DNA of 63,509 nucleotides, filler included, from Kipferlia bialata (GCA_003568945.1; 4 parts of 4 records of this genome joined end to end with filler, not necessarily neighbours in it), one strand, 5' to 3'; shown: positions 1 to 14,272, numbered from the whole stretch's first letter. Numbers and translations: made by a program. The notes: generated from the sequence alone by a model not told the origin.

Positions 1-51
<51 letters not shown>

Positions 52-720
52 ACCAACGGCATACGCACACACACATCTATATATATTAATATATCTAAGT
101 AACATATGTACAGGGACACCATCTTGAGGTTGAGGATAGCAGTTCTTGCATTGTAGGCTTCATCTCATTATCTATATCAGATACACATGAACTTGTGGCA
201 CACAAGACCACAAAGAGGACTCATACGACCACACATACATACATATTATCAATACTAATACCAGGTAAATGGGAATATGTTGCTAACCTTGGCTTCAGCT
301 CGATTCCCTGCTGTGATAGAGAGAGCCTTGAGAAATGAAAGGCTGAATGATATGTGTTTTTGCCTATAAGGGTGTAGAATATGAAGTGTGCAAGATGTCT
401 CTACTCCTGTCACAGTGTGCTCAGTCAGACGACTGCTGTGCTTACTGTCTGTCATGTATATATAGAACAGTATATACAAACGAGTAACAACGACGACACA
501 ACACACCCAGAGGTCTCAACATACACCCCCATAAGCCGATCAATCTATTGGTGCAATCAATGGAGCATATAATAATCGAACCAATGGCAAATTAACACTG
601 CTATTCTAGGAAGGACTATGAAACTATAAAAACAAGTGAATGAAGACTATCAATTCACTATCAAAGGTTGCGTTGCTAAGAGTACTATATAACAACGACG
701 GCGAAACTCTCTCACAGTGT

Positions 721-3183
721 CTAGTGACTAGAGCGTGTGCACACCTCCTCCACCGGTCCAAGTGTCTCCACCACCTCCACCTCCATATCCTCTGAGGCTA
801 TATCCACTGGAAGAAGGGACTCTACACTACCCTTCTCTCCCTCTCCCTCTGTCTCTGTCTGTTGGTGCTTCTCCCTCCTCTGTCTCCAGCAGTTGATGAG
901 CGAGACTACAATGCTGAATGCAACAACTAGGACCAGGCTGACATACAGGATGTCCCTTCTGGCAAGGGCGGCCCAGGAGGTCCTAGGAGTAAGATTACGT
1001 AATACCATGAGAAAATTCTGCATGTATACTTGTACGTAGATACAGAATATTCAAAGAGGCCTGAATGTGAGATAACCCTCGTCGGACGTATACATAAGTG
1101 TGGAGTATAGGAATGAAGTATGGAGACAATGATTAAGTCGAATACGTACTTGTGGTAGAACCCCTGTATGCTCCTCTCCCCCTGGATCATGCCCTGGCCT
1201 GGGGGTCAGTCACAAGAAGTACTCATCGGTTACATAGAGTATGGACTAGAATACATATCCAAGTGTCAACCTCCTTCACATGCTATTGTGAGACCAAGCC
1301 CCACTGTATAAGTCTCATTACTATACCTGCCAGAAGTGTCAGGAAGTATTCCTCGGTTGTGTAGTAGCTGATGTAGGACTGCCTGCTGAGGAATGTCTCT
1401 ATGCTCAGGACAGGCTCAGAGACAGACTTGGATACTGTACTGTCTGTACTGTCTGTACTGTCTGTACTGTCTGTACTGTCTGTAATATCTGCACTGTCTG
1501 TACTGTCTGTACTGTCTGTATCAAGTGTCAGTCTGAACACCCTGGCCCCAGAGTGCACGGCACGGTACGAGGAGAAGTCGGTCTTGCCAGCTGGGTTTGA
1601 GAGAGGTATTGGTGGATATATAGTGACACTATTACAATATGTATAACATTTATGTATATCAATAGGAGGAGAAGTCAGTCTTGCCAGCTTGGGGTTAGGT
1701 ACTGAGGGATAGGGATAGGGGAAAAACAATTATAGTTACTCTTCTGATAATATTCTACTATAAACAGCAGTGCATATACTAGTAACATATGTGTATGTAT
1801 TGGATCCATACTCACCGTAGCAGAGGGACACTGGCCTGTCAGCACTGTCAGGTTGCACAGCCAGGGTGGTCTCCAGACAGTAGTTGTTGAGGTGGTCTGG
1901 GGTGAGAGACATTGTGGTATATGTACATACAGAGAGAGGGTGAGTAACCTGTAGATGTGGATGAGATGGTCTCTGGGAGACAGGTGAATAGCGGGTGAAA
2001 ACGGCACTGAGAGAGAGAGAGAGACATGTTTTTGGCATGTGACGTACCATGTCCCACACTGAGTACCCATGCATTGCCCATGGCATCTAGCAGGGCATCA
2101 AGCACATCTAGAGGTGAGGGATACATACACATACATACAAATGTGTATATATAGTCACAGAGAGAGAGAGAGATTCATCCAGCGGGGCACACTGGAGAGA
2201 GTATCGGATGGCCATACAGGCATCATTCTCACGTACCATTCTCCTTGGACGACCAGCACACATCCTCGCCCATCTTGCCATAGAACCTGAGATGAGGGAC
2301 TTCGAAGACGAAATGAAGTGGATATGTGTGAGCACATAACGTAGAGTATATATCACGAATCACGTACGCTGTCTCTGTGTCATCGTCTGGTGTCCACTGG
2401 GCGGTGGGGACTGACGTGAGACAAACACAAATGTAATGTAGTACTACCACTCCTATGACTATCTACAGGGTCCATCATGCTTAGAGTACACAGTAAGTAT
2501 ATATATATATATATATATAGTATCCACGTACTGTGCATGAAGCCCATGCTGGGTGGTATGGCCCCACTGACTGGGTCTGTGTAGGTGGATATGACATCAC
2601 GCACCCAGGACACCTGAGAGGTGAGAGAGATGTGTGCCTGGAATTGACTTTGATATTGTATCACCTATATATATAAATATATATATGTATATGACATCTC
2701 GAACCAGGAGACCTAGTGGAGAAGAGAGAGCCACGGAATATACAGAGTATCTATACATAGGCCAACTACACATGGGACCTGTGTATGCTCCAGACACCCC
2801 CATCTGGTAGCCTCTCCCTCGCACCAGTAGGAGTGGGTGTCGAAGGCCCAGACAAGGGCACCCACGGAGTCTGGGGTTAGTATATAAAGAAAACTATTGA
2901 ATATACATCTCTATCTCTAAACATATTTTGTCGTAAGTAGAAAATATTACTCTTGATATGATATATACAGCCACTCACACTGTTTGAGATGAGTATATAT
3001 ATAGATCATATATATACTAAAGAGACATACGTGTATATATACATATCTACTTGACCCTGCCTCTGTCATGATGGGTACACGCCCATCTCTCTCTCTCTCT
3101 TAGATCATATATATATACATGAAATATATATATAGTTACCCACCAGCCCCAGCCTCTGTCATGATGGGAGCCACATATTATCA

Positions 3184-3219
<36 letters not shown>

Positions 3220-4140
3220 ATATTTACATATCTATATCCATACCTGACCCTGCCTCTGTCATGATGGGCACCACATAGTCAGAGCCACGGCCCTGGGGGT
3301 GAGGGCGTGATCACAAAGCAGTATCTATGAAAAGACTATTGTGTATAAATGTAATATTAAAATGATCGCACCTCCGTACTGTCTGGTACTCCCATAGTCC
3401 CTAGGAACAGTGTCTCTGGGTCATCTCCTCCACACTCATCAAGCAGGGTCTGTAGCAGTTCCTCCCTTGCGTGAGGAGAGCTGAGTGTGGTATAAAACAT
3501 TCAATATACACATAGTATATATCATACATACATACAATATAGTATATTCACATGCGGTACCTCCACGTGTATGGTATCTCCCCTGCTGCATCACCCCTGG
3601 CCTTGTCGGACTCGTGGTTGCCTAGGGGTTAAGAGGTTATACAAACATTCACATACATACTATAAATATATATACATATATATATATGTAGTGTGGTGCA
3701 TATCGATAATGGAATATATATAAGGAACTCACCGAATGTGACCATGTATGGCAGTCCCAGCTCCTGTGTGACATACTGGCACACACGCACATGACCTGTC
3801 TTGCACTGGGGGTGAGGGGAAGCACCGTACATAAACAAGTGTATATAACAAATACACACACACACACATACACACACATACATATAGATAGATAGATAAA
3901 GAGAGATAGAGAAAGAGATACACAGAGAGCCCTATGTATAGATGCAGCTTAGTAAGCCAGAATGACTACCTGAGTGGTGGTGGACCCTGTGTACACGTCA
4001 AAAGAGAGGGATAGAGAGAGAGTAAGAGATACCGGCACATATATATTCATATCAACAATAGATACACAGTACCTGAGTGGTGGTGGACCCTGTGTACACA
4101 TCCCCTGTCACCACAACCATGTCGGCATCATACATCTCAG
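721..4140 (-). CDS. Calcineurin-like metallophosphoesterase, Dcr2/plant PAP14-16-28-29 type, with C-terminal TM helix (about 14 exons; 5' end with DxH motif missing)
   Basis: The spliced exons give the family motifs in order: DMVVVTGDVY (4073-4140), LPYMVTF|GNHESD, LVWAFDTHSY..WGCLEHTQ|VSWV, SMGFMH|IPTAQW, GEDVCWSS, VLSVGH|DHLNNYC..LCY|AGKT..GARVFRL. The last exon 721-982 encodes hydrophobic ILYVSLVLVVAFSIVVSLI and ends in TAG. Intron phases are consistent. Confidence 0.88.
1432..1520 (-). repeat. 9-bp tandem repeat (CTGTACTGT) encoding (Asp-Ser-Thr)n inside a phosphoesterase exon
   Basis: About 9 imperfect copies; the ORF track reads TDSTDSTDSADITDSTDSTDSTDSTDST. Confidence 0.9.
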
Positions 4141-4712
4141 CTGGGGGTGAGGGAGGATATCAATAATGAATATATATACATATATATATTTAGGGAGAGA
4201 GAGAGAGAGAGAGAGAGAGACGGAATAATAATGTCACCACAACCATGTCGGCGTCATACATCTCAGCTGAGAGTGAAGGATAGTATATATATCAGAGAGA
4301 GAGGATGGGGAGGGGAAGAGTAAGGATATACTATCATACATCTCAGCTGGGGGTGAGGGATTTATCATATTATGGACAGAGAGGGAGAGAGGGAAGGGCA
4401 GAATGGAAGAAGGGAGGATACTATAACCATTAGTGTCTCGCCATCATACACCCCATCTTGTAATATAGAGAGACAGAGAGAAGGGTGTCATTATAGAGTG
4501 CAGGTATTATTTGGAATGAGAGAGAGAGTTGGGGAGGCGAACGGGGTAAGGGGGGGGGGGGGGGAAAGGGGGGGGGGGGGGGGGGACTCTTCCAAGAAAA
4601 GAAAGAATGGGAGGGTGAGGAATACTTCAGATAAACAGAGAGAGATAGAGAGACATTGAGAGGTAACTGCACGGGGAGACACTGCTATACATATATACAT
4701 ATATATATATAC

Positions 4713-5559
4713 CTGGGCTAGGGGGTGCATCTGGGGCACCAACACCTGGGGACATGCATGCCTCAGACACCTCTGGGGGGTGAGGGGAGGACGCGCACAG
4801 ATATACACATTCCCCACTATATAACATGGATACAATACCTCTGCTGATGGGCTCTATGGGCATCTCCCCGTTCTTGACCGCCTCCTCCTGCTCTCTCTTC
4901 TCTCTCTCTGCCTCTCTGTCCCTCTCAATCTCAGCAGCTATCACCTGGTCCACTACTCCTAGAGTTAGAGGTACTATCAGTACTATTGATATATCCAATG
5001 TGTACTATGACATATAATGTGTACATGTCCCGCTCAATCTCAGCAGCTATCACCTGGTCAACAACGCCTGCAGCGTCAGTACTCTCATTAATAGCACTCT
5101 ACATCCTAGACAAATGACTAATATATGGGAATATGAGTGTATACGTACCTGTCTCTGCCATCTCGAGGTATATACACTATGCTATTTATAGTGTGTATAC
5201 TATGAACGCTATCATTTATATATACTAATATACTGTACCCTACCTGTCTCTGCCATCTCGATGTATGCCGGGTGTCTGACCACATCCCTCATGTCACCCT
5301 CAACCACGTTGGAGGGCCTGAGGGTTAGTAGCATTAAGGTATATGTATATGTAGCTATACTAGTGTACACATATCCATAGATTAGTGTGATATAGAAACA
5401 TTTCCCTCATATCACCCTCTACCACATTGGAGGGCCTAGGATAAGGAATACATGTGACCACTCAAGACACAATATGTATAAATGTACTACTTGTATACCA
5501 TACCTAGACTGCCTGCCCTTCTTGAGCACTGGCTTCGGTGCATGGGCAGGGGGCAGGGG

Positions 5560-5597
<38 letters not shown>

Positions 5598-8500
5598 ATA
5601 TAAATATACACATATACCTTGACTGCCTGCCCTTCTTGAGCACTGGCTTGGGTGCATGGACAGGGGTATGTATATATATATATATATACTATACTAATGG
5701 TATACCTAGATTGTCTGCCCTTCTTGAGCACTGGCTTCGGTGCATGGGCAGGGGGCAGGGGGAGGTGGAGCCTCACCCAGTGCCTCTTGGACAGGAACAC
5801 GGTCTCACGCACAAGGGACCTGGAGGTAAGGACTGAACATACATATACATGTATGTATATACACATAGTCACGCACAAGGAACCGGGAAGTTAGATATAT
5901 GTTCAAATATGTATATATATATATATACCTTAACCTCTCTGGCTCTGCGTTGATCTCCTGCACTGTCTCTGTTCTGAGTGACACAGTGGGGGGTGCGGCA
6001 AGCATGTCAGGAGGGGGATCCAGGGACCTAGGGGTAAGGGAGAGAGGAAGGGGAAGAGAGTGAGGGGAGAGCATGTCGGGAGGTGGGTCCAGGGACCTGG
6101 GTTCTTCAAGCTATATGTACGACTATTCAATATACACACACCTTGCCCTCAGCAGCAGGCACCCGAGTGTCTCCATGGGCCAGTTGTGGTCACGGTCGGC
6201 CTGGGTCACCTGGGGGTGAGGGGGTGTAGATACATAGACACAATGAGTATACATAGTACTGTATACACATTCAGCACAATAGCACTCACCGCCCTATCAT
6301 TATTGCAGTCATCAGTATATATATGCGTATATAGTTGTGTACATACCGCCCTGTCATTGTTGTAGTCGAATGTCCAGTGTGTATAGAAATACGAATCTCT
6401 ATATTCATATATAATGTATATAGAATATATAATATATATAATGTATATATATTATACTACTAATACTCACCGCCCTGTCATTGTTGTAGTCGATGTCCAG
6501 AGGCACTGTGGGCAGAGTGACACCCAGCAGAAGGTGGGTGCACACATAGGACACAGCGTATCTGGCAGTAAGCATATATGTATATATACAATAGAGTATA
6601 TATATATATATGTGTATATATATAGATATATATTCATATACAAGAGTGACACCCAGCAGAAGGTGGGTGCACACATAGGAGACAGCATATCTAGGGTGAG
6701 CATATATGTATATATTTATATATATACATCTGGATTGACCACATACCTGACACTCCCACAGTTGTGCCTGGCTACACAAGTACATGTGGAAGAGAGTGAG
6801 GGTACGAATATATGATGGAATACCATACATGACACTCCCACAGTAGTCTGGTTTAAATACAAATATTTTATATACCATACCTGACACTCCCACAGTTGTG
6901 CCTGGCCACATATGCTGCATACATGGACAGGAATGTGATGGGGGGCATGTGGCCTAGGAGGGCTAGGCACTGAGGTTAGAGTGAGACATATAGAGAGAGG
7001 GTAGAGAGAGAGAGAGAGAGGTGGGGGCCAAAGATGCTTATGTACTAAAGTGGTAGGTACAATGATACGCCTGATATATATATATTGGAATATTGACAAA
7101 TACACTGCATACCTGGTATATGGGGTGCACTGAGAGTGCCCCCTTGATATATATGAATATTTATAAATATTTATATTAATTATAATATAATATACAATTA
7201 CTACAATAGTTTACAAATAAATATATATAATTAGTATGCATAATACCTGGTATATGGGGTGCACTGAGAGTGCCCCCTTGAGGGCCAGGTCAAGGGCATG
7301 CTTCCTATCCTCTCCTTCTCCGTCTCCCTCTGTCTCAGTCTCCACACCAGGTGGTTCCATCAGGGAGGCATTGCTGCCAAACAGCACAGACAGAAGAGAG
7401 TCGTCACCTAGAGTAAGGTCCTGGGACTCCTCGCCCTCAGAGGCACTGGGGTGAGTGTATATAGATAGTAATATATATATACACACCACTCAATCGTTGA
7501 CACATGTTGTGTATATGTAGATATACCTCTCCTCACCCTCAGAGGCACTGGGGTGAGTATAAATTGCAACACACTACTCAAATGTCCACATATATATAAT
7601 AATACAAATACTAACGTGTGTGTGTGTAATAGTACAATACCTCTCCTCGTCCTCTGGCTGTATGAGCTGGGCACTGGGCACATGTATATATATACACAAC
7701 AATATACAGTATGTATATATAGTAGTACCTCTCCTCATCCTCTGGCTGTATGAGCTGGGATGGGCTGAGTATGAGGGTGGGCAGAGGGAAGGGCCGGGTG
7801 GTCAGGTGCCGGAGGCCACGGACCTGGGGTGAGGGTACTGATACAAATATATCACTTATGTATAAATACATATATATACTCACCTCTGACACCAGGTGTA
7901 AGGTGCTGTTATGCAGTCTGACAACAAATTTTCAAATGTATATAAGACTTATATATACATATATGCATATACCTCTGACACCAGGTGTATGGTGCTGTTC
8001 TGCAGTCTGAGGAATGCAGCCAGCAGTGCATCATGGCCCCTCTTGGACTGACACATCATGGACTGGTCGCCCTATGATAAGTCTATCTATATTAATATGT
8101 AAATATATATATGTATGTATATATATATAGAGAGAGAGACACTCTTGGACTGGCACATCATGGACTGATCACCCTAATAATTGGGATATATACGTATACA
8201 TATAAGACATCATGGACTGGTCGCCCTGAGGGTTAAGTATAAGAGTGATATGTATATGGGGGGGGGGGTAATACTGATTACGTAACTCAGAGATATGAGT
8301 AACTACCTGTGTCTTTGGCGCCTTCTGAGTCTTCTGCCCCTTCTTGGCCTTGCCACCCTTCTTGGGGGTGTTCTCGGTCTTGGCTGGGGTTAAGGATACA
8401 TATAGTACAAATACACATATAGTATATATCCATATGCACCCACCCTTGGCTGCCTTGGGGTCGTTGAGTTCCATGATGCTCTTGTCCACCAGACGCTGCA

Positions 8501-10159
8501 TGTACCTAAGGGGTGAGAGGGGCATATTCTATACAATCGTCAATGCATAGATGGATACATAGTACAAGGGTGAGTGTATGCATACTATGTACATTCGCTA
8601 CATTCGCTACATTCGCTACATTCGCTACATTGAAGAATACAATAATATCCTCACAAACCTCTCGGCGCTGTCCCTCTCCTTGACAATCATGCGCACAGAG
8701 GCAATGCCCTGGGGGTCAGAACACTAAGAAATCAAACACATTACTATTAAGATACTAGGGTATACACACACACACATATATATATATATATCCTAGTAGG
8801 GTATGGGCACTGAGGAAATGCCCTGGGGGTCAGACCACTTAGAGCACCACTATATATATACACAACTATCGCTCTACCAAACCACCCTCTATATCAATCA
8901 ACAAATGTATGAACTCACCGAGGCCAGCTTCCTGAGTCTCTTGAGGTATGGTAGAGCAGCATATATTCATCTGGATGTATATGTATATATGTATGCATAT
9001 ATATATATATCTACTCACCGAGGCCAGCTTCCTGAGTCTGTTGAGGTAGAGCAGTGCTGTCTGGGGCTTGGACAGCATGGAGAGAACACACTCCCGCTCG
9101 ACATCGGGGAATCTAGGGTAAGAGGTAGAGTACATATATAGAGGGAGGGGGGCATGTAGAATAGAATAGAAAGAATGGAGAGGACACACTCCCTATGGAC
9201 ATCGGGGAACCTGATGGATAAGAGAGAGAGATTCATCAGTATAAAGGCACGACACACTCCCAAGTATATATAACATACCCTAGGATATCCCAGAGTCTCT
9301 TTATGGATGCCACTGTCCTGGCCAGTGGATACATTGTATATATGTATATAGTACATGTATATATATAGTATATACATACCCCAGTATGTCCCACAGTCTC
9401 TTGATGGATGCCACTGTTCTGGCCAAGGTATATATATTGTATATATATATATATATATAGAAGAGTATACATAGTATATACTATATACAGTGATATATAT
9501 AAACACACCCTAATATGTCCCACAGTCTCTTGATGGATGCCACTGTCCTGGCGAGAGGTGAGACAGCACGCATCTGGAGGGTGCCACCCTGTCTGGAGCT
9601 AGAGGTTAGAGAGGTATATATATAAACAGAGACAGAGAACAACGGGTAATACATATGCAGGGTGAGAGTAACATGTATAGGGAGGGTACCACCCTGTCAG
9701 GAGCTGGGTCAGCATATTAATATATATATACTTGAGAGAGAGAGGGAGAGAGAATATGTCAAGAGATGGTCACCATACCTGGCCCTGGTTGCTCTGCCAC
9801 TGACAGGTCTGTTGGCAGTGATATAATACCATATATATGAAAACTCTACATTATACTTTACATATACTATAATGTAATATACCTGGCCCTGGTTGCCCTC
9901 CCGCTGACAGGTCTGTTGGCAGTACGAGAACTGGCACGGGAGGTGGATCTGAATGGTGAATATATAGAGAGCACACACATATATATGTATATACATAGAT
10001 ATAGATCACCTGAATGGAGTTGTGACGTGGTCCCTGACCGATGACCCCACCAGCTGTGTGTCCTGTCTCTCTCTCTCCCCCTGCCGCTTCTGCTTGCCAG
10101 AGGCGTTGAGGGCACTGCGGGGGACGTGATAGTCTCTGAGGTGAGAAATAGATGAAAAC

Positions 10160-10193
<34 letters not shown>

Positions 10194-10248
10194 CAGAGGC
10201 ATTGAGGGCACTGCGGGGGACATGATAGTCCCTGATATTAGTTGCAGT

Positions 10249-10289
<41 letters not shown>

Positions 10290-10724
10290 ACAGAGGCATT
10301 GAGGGCACTCCTAGGCACGTGGTAGTCCCTGAGGGTAGTTGCAGATATATACAAATATATATATGAATACATATGTATACAGAGGGTGTGTAGGTGTATA
10401 TATATATACCCACCGTGTGTGCTTCATGCTGCCGCGAGGTCTGCCCCCTATATATACACATATATGATACACAATTAATGTATATATACCCTTACTAATC
10501 CCTGTACCTTGTGTGCTTCATGCTGCTGAGGGGTCTGGCCCCTGTCCCGGCCTGGGACCTGGCACCGGACCTGGTCCTGGACGAGGCACGGTCCCTGGGG
10601 TTAGTGTCAATGTATAGTATATACGTATGGAATAATACAGAAAGCGAACATCTGAAATATATAGAGACAGAGAGTTCTATGACCGAGGAGGCACGGTCCC
10701 TAAAGGTAAGTGTCAATGTATATT

Positions 10725-10769
<45 letters not shown>

Positions 10770-11864
10770 TACACTGCCCTGGTCCTGGAGGAGGCACGGT
10801 CCCTGGGGGTTAGACATGTATGTATACATGTTACCGATTATATATATATATATATATATATACCTAAACACTAGATCAGTAGCACAGGCCTAGTATGTAT
10901 ATATCGTGTACACTACCTCATAGTGAGTGATGCCGCCATGCTTGGCTTGACATTCCCTCTCTTGACAGGGGTATCAGTCACACCTCGGATGGGGACAGGG
11001 ACATCGCCAATGCGCCTGGCATTGGGGATATAATAGAACAGAGATAGAGTGTGTGAGTGAGAGAGGGAGTCATTGAGAGAGAAAGAAGGGTACCAATGTC
11101 ATCTTATCAACATGGATGCAAAACACAGGTCATAGGAGGGATACAGATACTGAGGAATGATATATAAAGACAGGGATGTGTCACTGACTTAGGAAGACTA
11201 GTATATGGGATATGTAGGGGTACGGTAAGGGGAAGAGACCCCCATGTAACAATGATACATGTGCTTGTTAAGTACAAATACATATCATCACATATTCACA
11301 AAGGCACTAAAGAATTGCACACAATAGGAAGTAGCTATGAATGTAGTCAGTGTGGAGTGTCATTGCACAGTACCCATACCTATCAAACACCAACAGAGAT
11401 GCCGGAATGTCCACTGGCCCAGGCACAGCCTCCAGCTGGTCATGCACCTCTCTCTCCATCTCCCTCTCCCTCTCCCTCTCGGGTCCCACCAGCCCCAGGG
11501 GGTTGGGGTCGTGTGCCCTGCGTGCTGACCGGGTCCCTGGCCTCCCACTCCGGCCCCTCTCCCTCCTCTCTATGGCACCCACTCTCCCTCTGTCTCTCCT
11601 GGTGCCTCCCCTGGTCACGGGTCTGCCCCCACGTCCAGTGGAGGTACCAGTCGCACCAGAGCGTGTCCTAGGGCGCCCTCCCCGGCCCCTGCTTGCCTTC
11701 CTGCTGCTCCTGCTCCCCTTCCTGGCAAAGAAGTCGGCCAGGGCAGGGTCACGCTTGGGGTTGTACTGCACAAGCCGGTCAGTCACCTTGACAGAGTTGT
11801 CAAAGCCAGCCTCACGGGCCGCTATGGTGTCTATGTACGCCTCATAACTGCGGGCACGCGACAT
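4713..11864 (-). CDS. Hypothetical protein, about 19 exons, Arg/Gly/Ser-rich N-terminus followed by a helical region; 3' end not found
   Basis: ATG at 11864 (MSRARSYEAYID...), first exon 11380-11864. A phase-consistent exon chain follows, e.g. LARTVASIKRLWDILG|FPDVERECVLSML, SLVRETVFLSKRHWVRL, GVVDQVIAAEIERD, EVSEACMSPG (4713-4772). The LWDILGFPDVER segment loosely recalls CCDC87/MAP65-type helices (weak). Confidence 0.75.
8590..8630. repeat. 9-bp tandem repeat ACATTCGCT x4 (intronic)
   Basis: Directly visible in the sequence. Confidence 0.85.
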
Positions 11865-12200
11865 ACGAGCGAAAAAGTGGCTCGGAAATGAAAGTGTGCT
11901 CACAGCTGTTCGGTAGGAACCTCTACCGCTACCAGTCGGTCAAAGACGACGATTAGCCCGCACTGGTGTGTTACCACGCAGAACTAGGCTCCCCTGACTC
12001 CGGTATGGCCTGAAAGGAAGGACCAAAATCTGATACTGAATTTATGAAATCGGACCCTTGCTGGTCTGCTTTTCCATTCACTCTCCCCCTCTCTCTCTCT
12101 CTCACTCTCTCTCACACACTATCCTTCCTCCTACTGACACTGGCGTCCTCACAAGTGCATAGGTGGAAGTGACATAAATGTGGTCTCCCTCTCACCCCAG
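11865..12200. promoter_or_regulatory. Short head-to-head intergenic region, probable bidirectional promoter
   Basis: A minus-strand ATG at 11864 and the first clear plus-strand exon at 12201 are under 340 bp apart. The start exon of the plus gene is not resolved. Confidence 0.4.
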
Positions 12201-12820
12201 GCATCCCTCACTGCACTGGAGTCCAAGCACGCCAGTCTCAATGAGAGGTATCACGCATGTGTATAATGTCATCAATGAGTGCACTCATATATGTATTCAT
12301 TTGTATGTGTATTCACTCTAGTATTAGTATTTGTTTACCACATGCACCAAGATGGTTATGTGTATAGAAGGACATATAGTGTTACCCTTCTCTGTGTGGA
12401 CTCCGGTGTCCTGTGTGAGACTTCATACTCTGCCACTCTTATATTTTATTGTACTGACCATAGATACTCTGGTGTCCTGTCTGAGCTGACTGGCAAGTAC
12501 ATGCTCTCATATACTTCTCTATAGACTCTATCTACGTTATATATATGTGTATATTCTCTACCTCTATCTTACCTCAGATACTCCGGTGTCCTGTCCGAGC
12601 TGACTGGCATGAGGGCAGAGTGGGACCAGAGGGAGAAGGAGGCACAGAGGTATGTACATATATATGTATATGTATATATAGTGATGTAGTATGTATAGTA
12701 TTTATATATATATTTGTGTGGCATGATGGAGAAGGAGGCACAGAGGTATGTATCTATATGTATATATATATATAGAGAGAGAGAGAGAGGGAGAGAGAGA
12801 GAGATATGTAGTATGTATAG

Positions 12821-12862
<42 letters not shown>

Positions 12863-14002
12863 GTGCATAGTGGGACCAGAGGGAGAGGGCACGGACTAAC
12901 ATAAATATACTGACCCCCAGCAATGCCCGTGCCCTCCAACAGCTCAAGAGGGAGAACGAGGATTTGAAGAAGAGGTATATATCAACATTACCTACACTAT
13001 TAGTGCTAGATATTAAGTATATGTTATATTCGTACAGCATATCACATATTTGTCCTATGCATATTGTCTCACCGCAGGGTGGCTGATAGCAAGGAGTACA
13101 CTCGCAAGCTACAGGCAAAGGTCCAGGGTGAGTGTTTGTGTGTATATTTTGTGCCAACAGAGTGGCATGACTCCCTCTCTTTCTCTCTATCCATATAGAT
13201 AGATTGATACCCTAACCCCCTAGTCCGTGCCCAGCCGAAAGGCATGGCAGACATCTCTCTCCCTCTATTCCTCTCTCTCTCTATATATATATACATGTAT
13301 ATATAAATCACTAACCCCCTAGTCCGTGCCCAACACAGTGGCGTGGCAGACCTCTCTCTCTCTATTTGAATGTAGTGTTACGTATACATATGTATACTAT
13401 GTATATGTTATATATATATATCACTAACCCCCTAGTCCGTGCCCAGCAGAGTGGCATGGCTGACCTCCTTGGCAAGATGCAGCAGCTGCAGAACGATAAC
13501 CAGGTGGGGACAAGATAACACATCACAATGCTTGATATTTAGTGCTGGTCTGTCATATATTTCTTTTGCATATTACTATAACTACTATTTCTACTTTATA
13601 TATTACACGATATACTGTGATATATACTCACCTCCATATACCCATCCTTAGGCCAAGGACGACATCCTGGAGTCACTCACTCGCATACTTCTCATTTAAT
13701 TATAATATGATATATATAGTATTTTTCTACTATTATTCCTGACCCCTTGGCCAAGGACGACATCACTTGATATGTACGATATATTATTCATTCTTGTAAT
13801 ACCCGATTATTCCCGAGTTGTATATTCTAATGTCCAGGCCAAGGACGACATCATCCTGGACCTTTAGATACTGTTGTTATCACCCATATTTACTTCTTAT
13901 TGTATGAATCACTTACCCCTAGGCCAAGGACGACATCATCCTCGAGGTGTAAGTATTATATGCTTGGCACTCAATTTCTATCATTATGTATATATATTAT
14001 AT

Positions 14003-14036
<34 letters not shown>

Positions 14037-14239
14037 TTATACTAATGTCCAGGCCAAGGACGACATCATTCTGGAGCAGGAGGACGAGGTGACAGACCTC
14101 AAGGCAGAGCTCACGGCACTGGCCAACGCACTTAGCAACACTGGTTAGTACATTTGTATATATATGGTTTCTATGTATATATATACACCTCAAGGCAGAG
14201 CTCACGGCACTGGCCAACGCTCTATCAAACACAGGTCAG

Positions 14240-14272
<33 letters not shown>

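Noticed and set aside
1..50. Poly-G tracts (also about 18504, 30865, 43345-43431, 55156) as telomeres or G-quadruplex elements
   Set aside because: They mostly coincide with contig ends or degraded sequence, so length and content are unreliable.
119..455. Exon-like segments on the minus strand near the window start
   Set aside because: Splice motifs are present, but frame and product could not be established.
4141..4712. In-phase fusion of the hypothetical gene (exon 4713) to the phosphoesterase (exon 4140)
   Set aside because: A low-quality poly-G stretch (about 4545-4590) lies between them, the phosphoesterase lacks its DxH exon, and an AVSPRAVT fragment near 4660-4685 suggests a different next exon. 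A mis-join or collapsed gap is more likely.
13650..13950. Short direct repeats with unique spacers resembling a CRISPR array
   Set aside because: The repeats are exon-start copies of variable length in a eukaryotic intron, and no cas genes are present.
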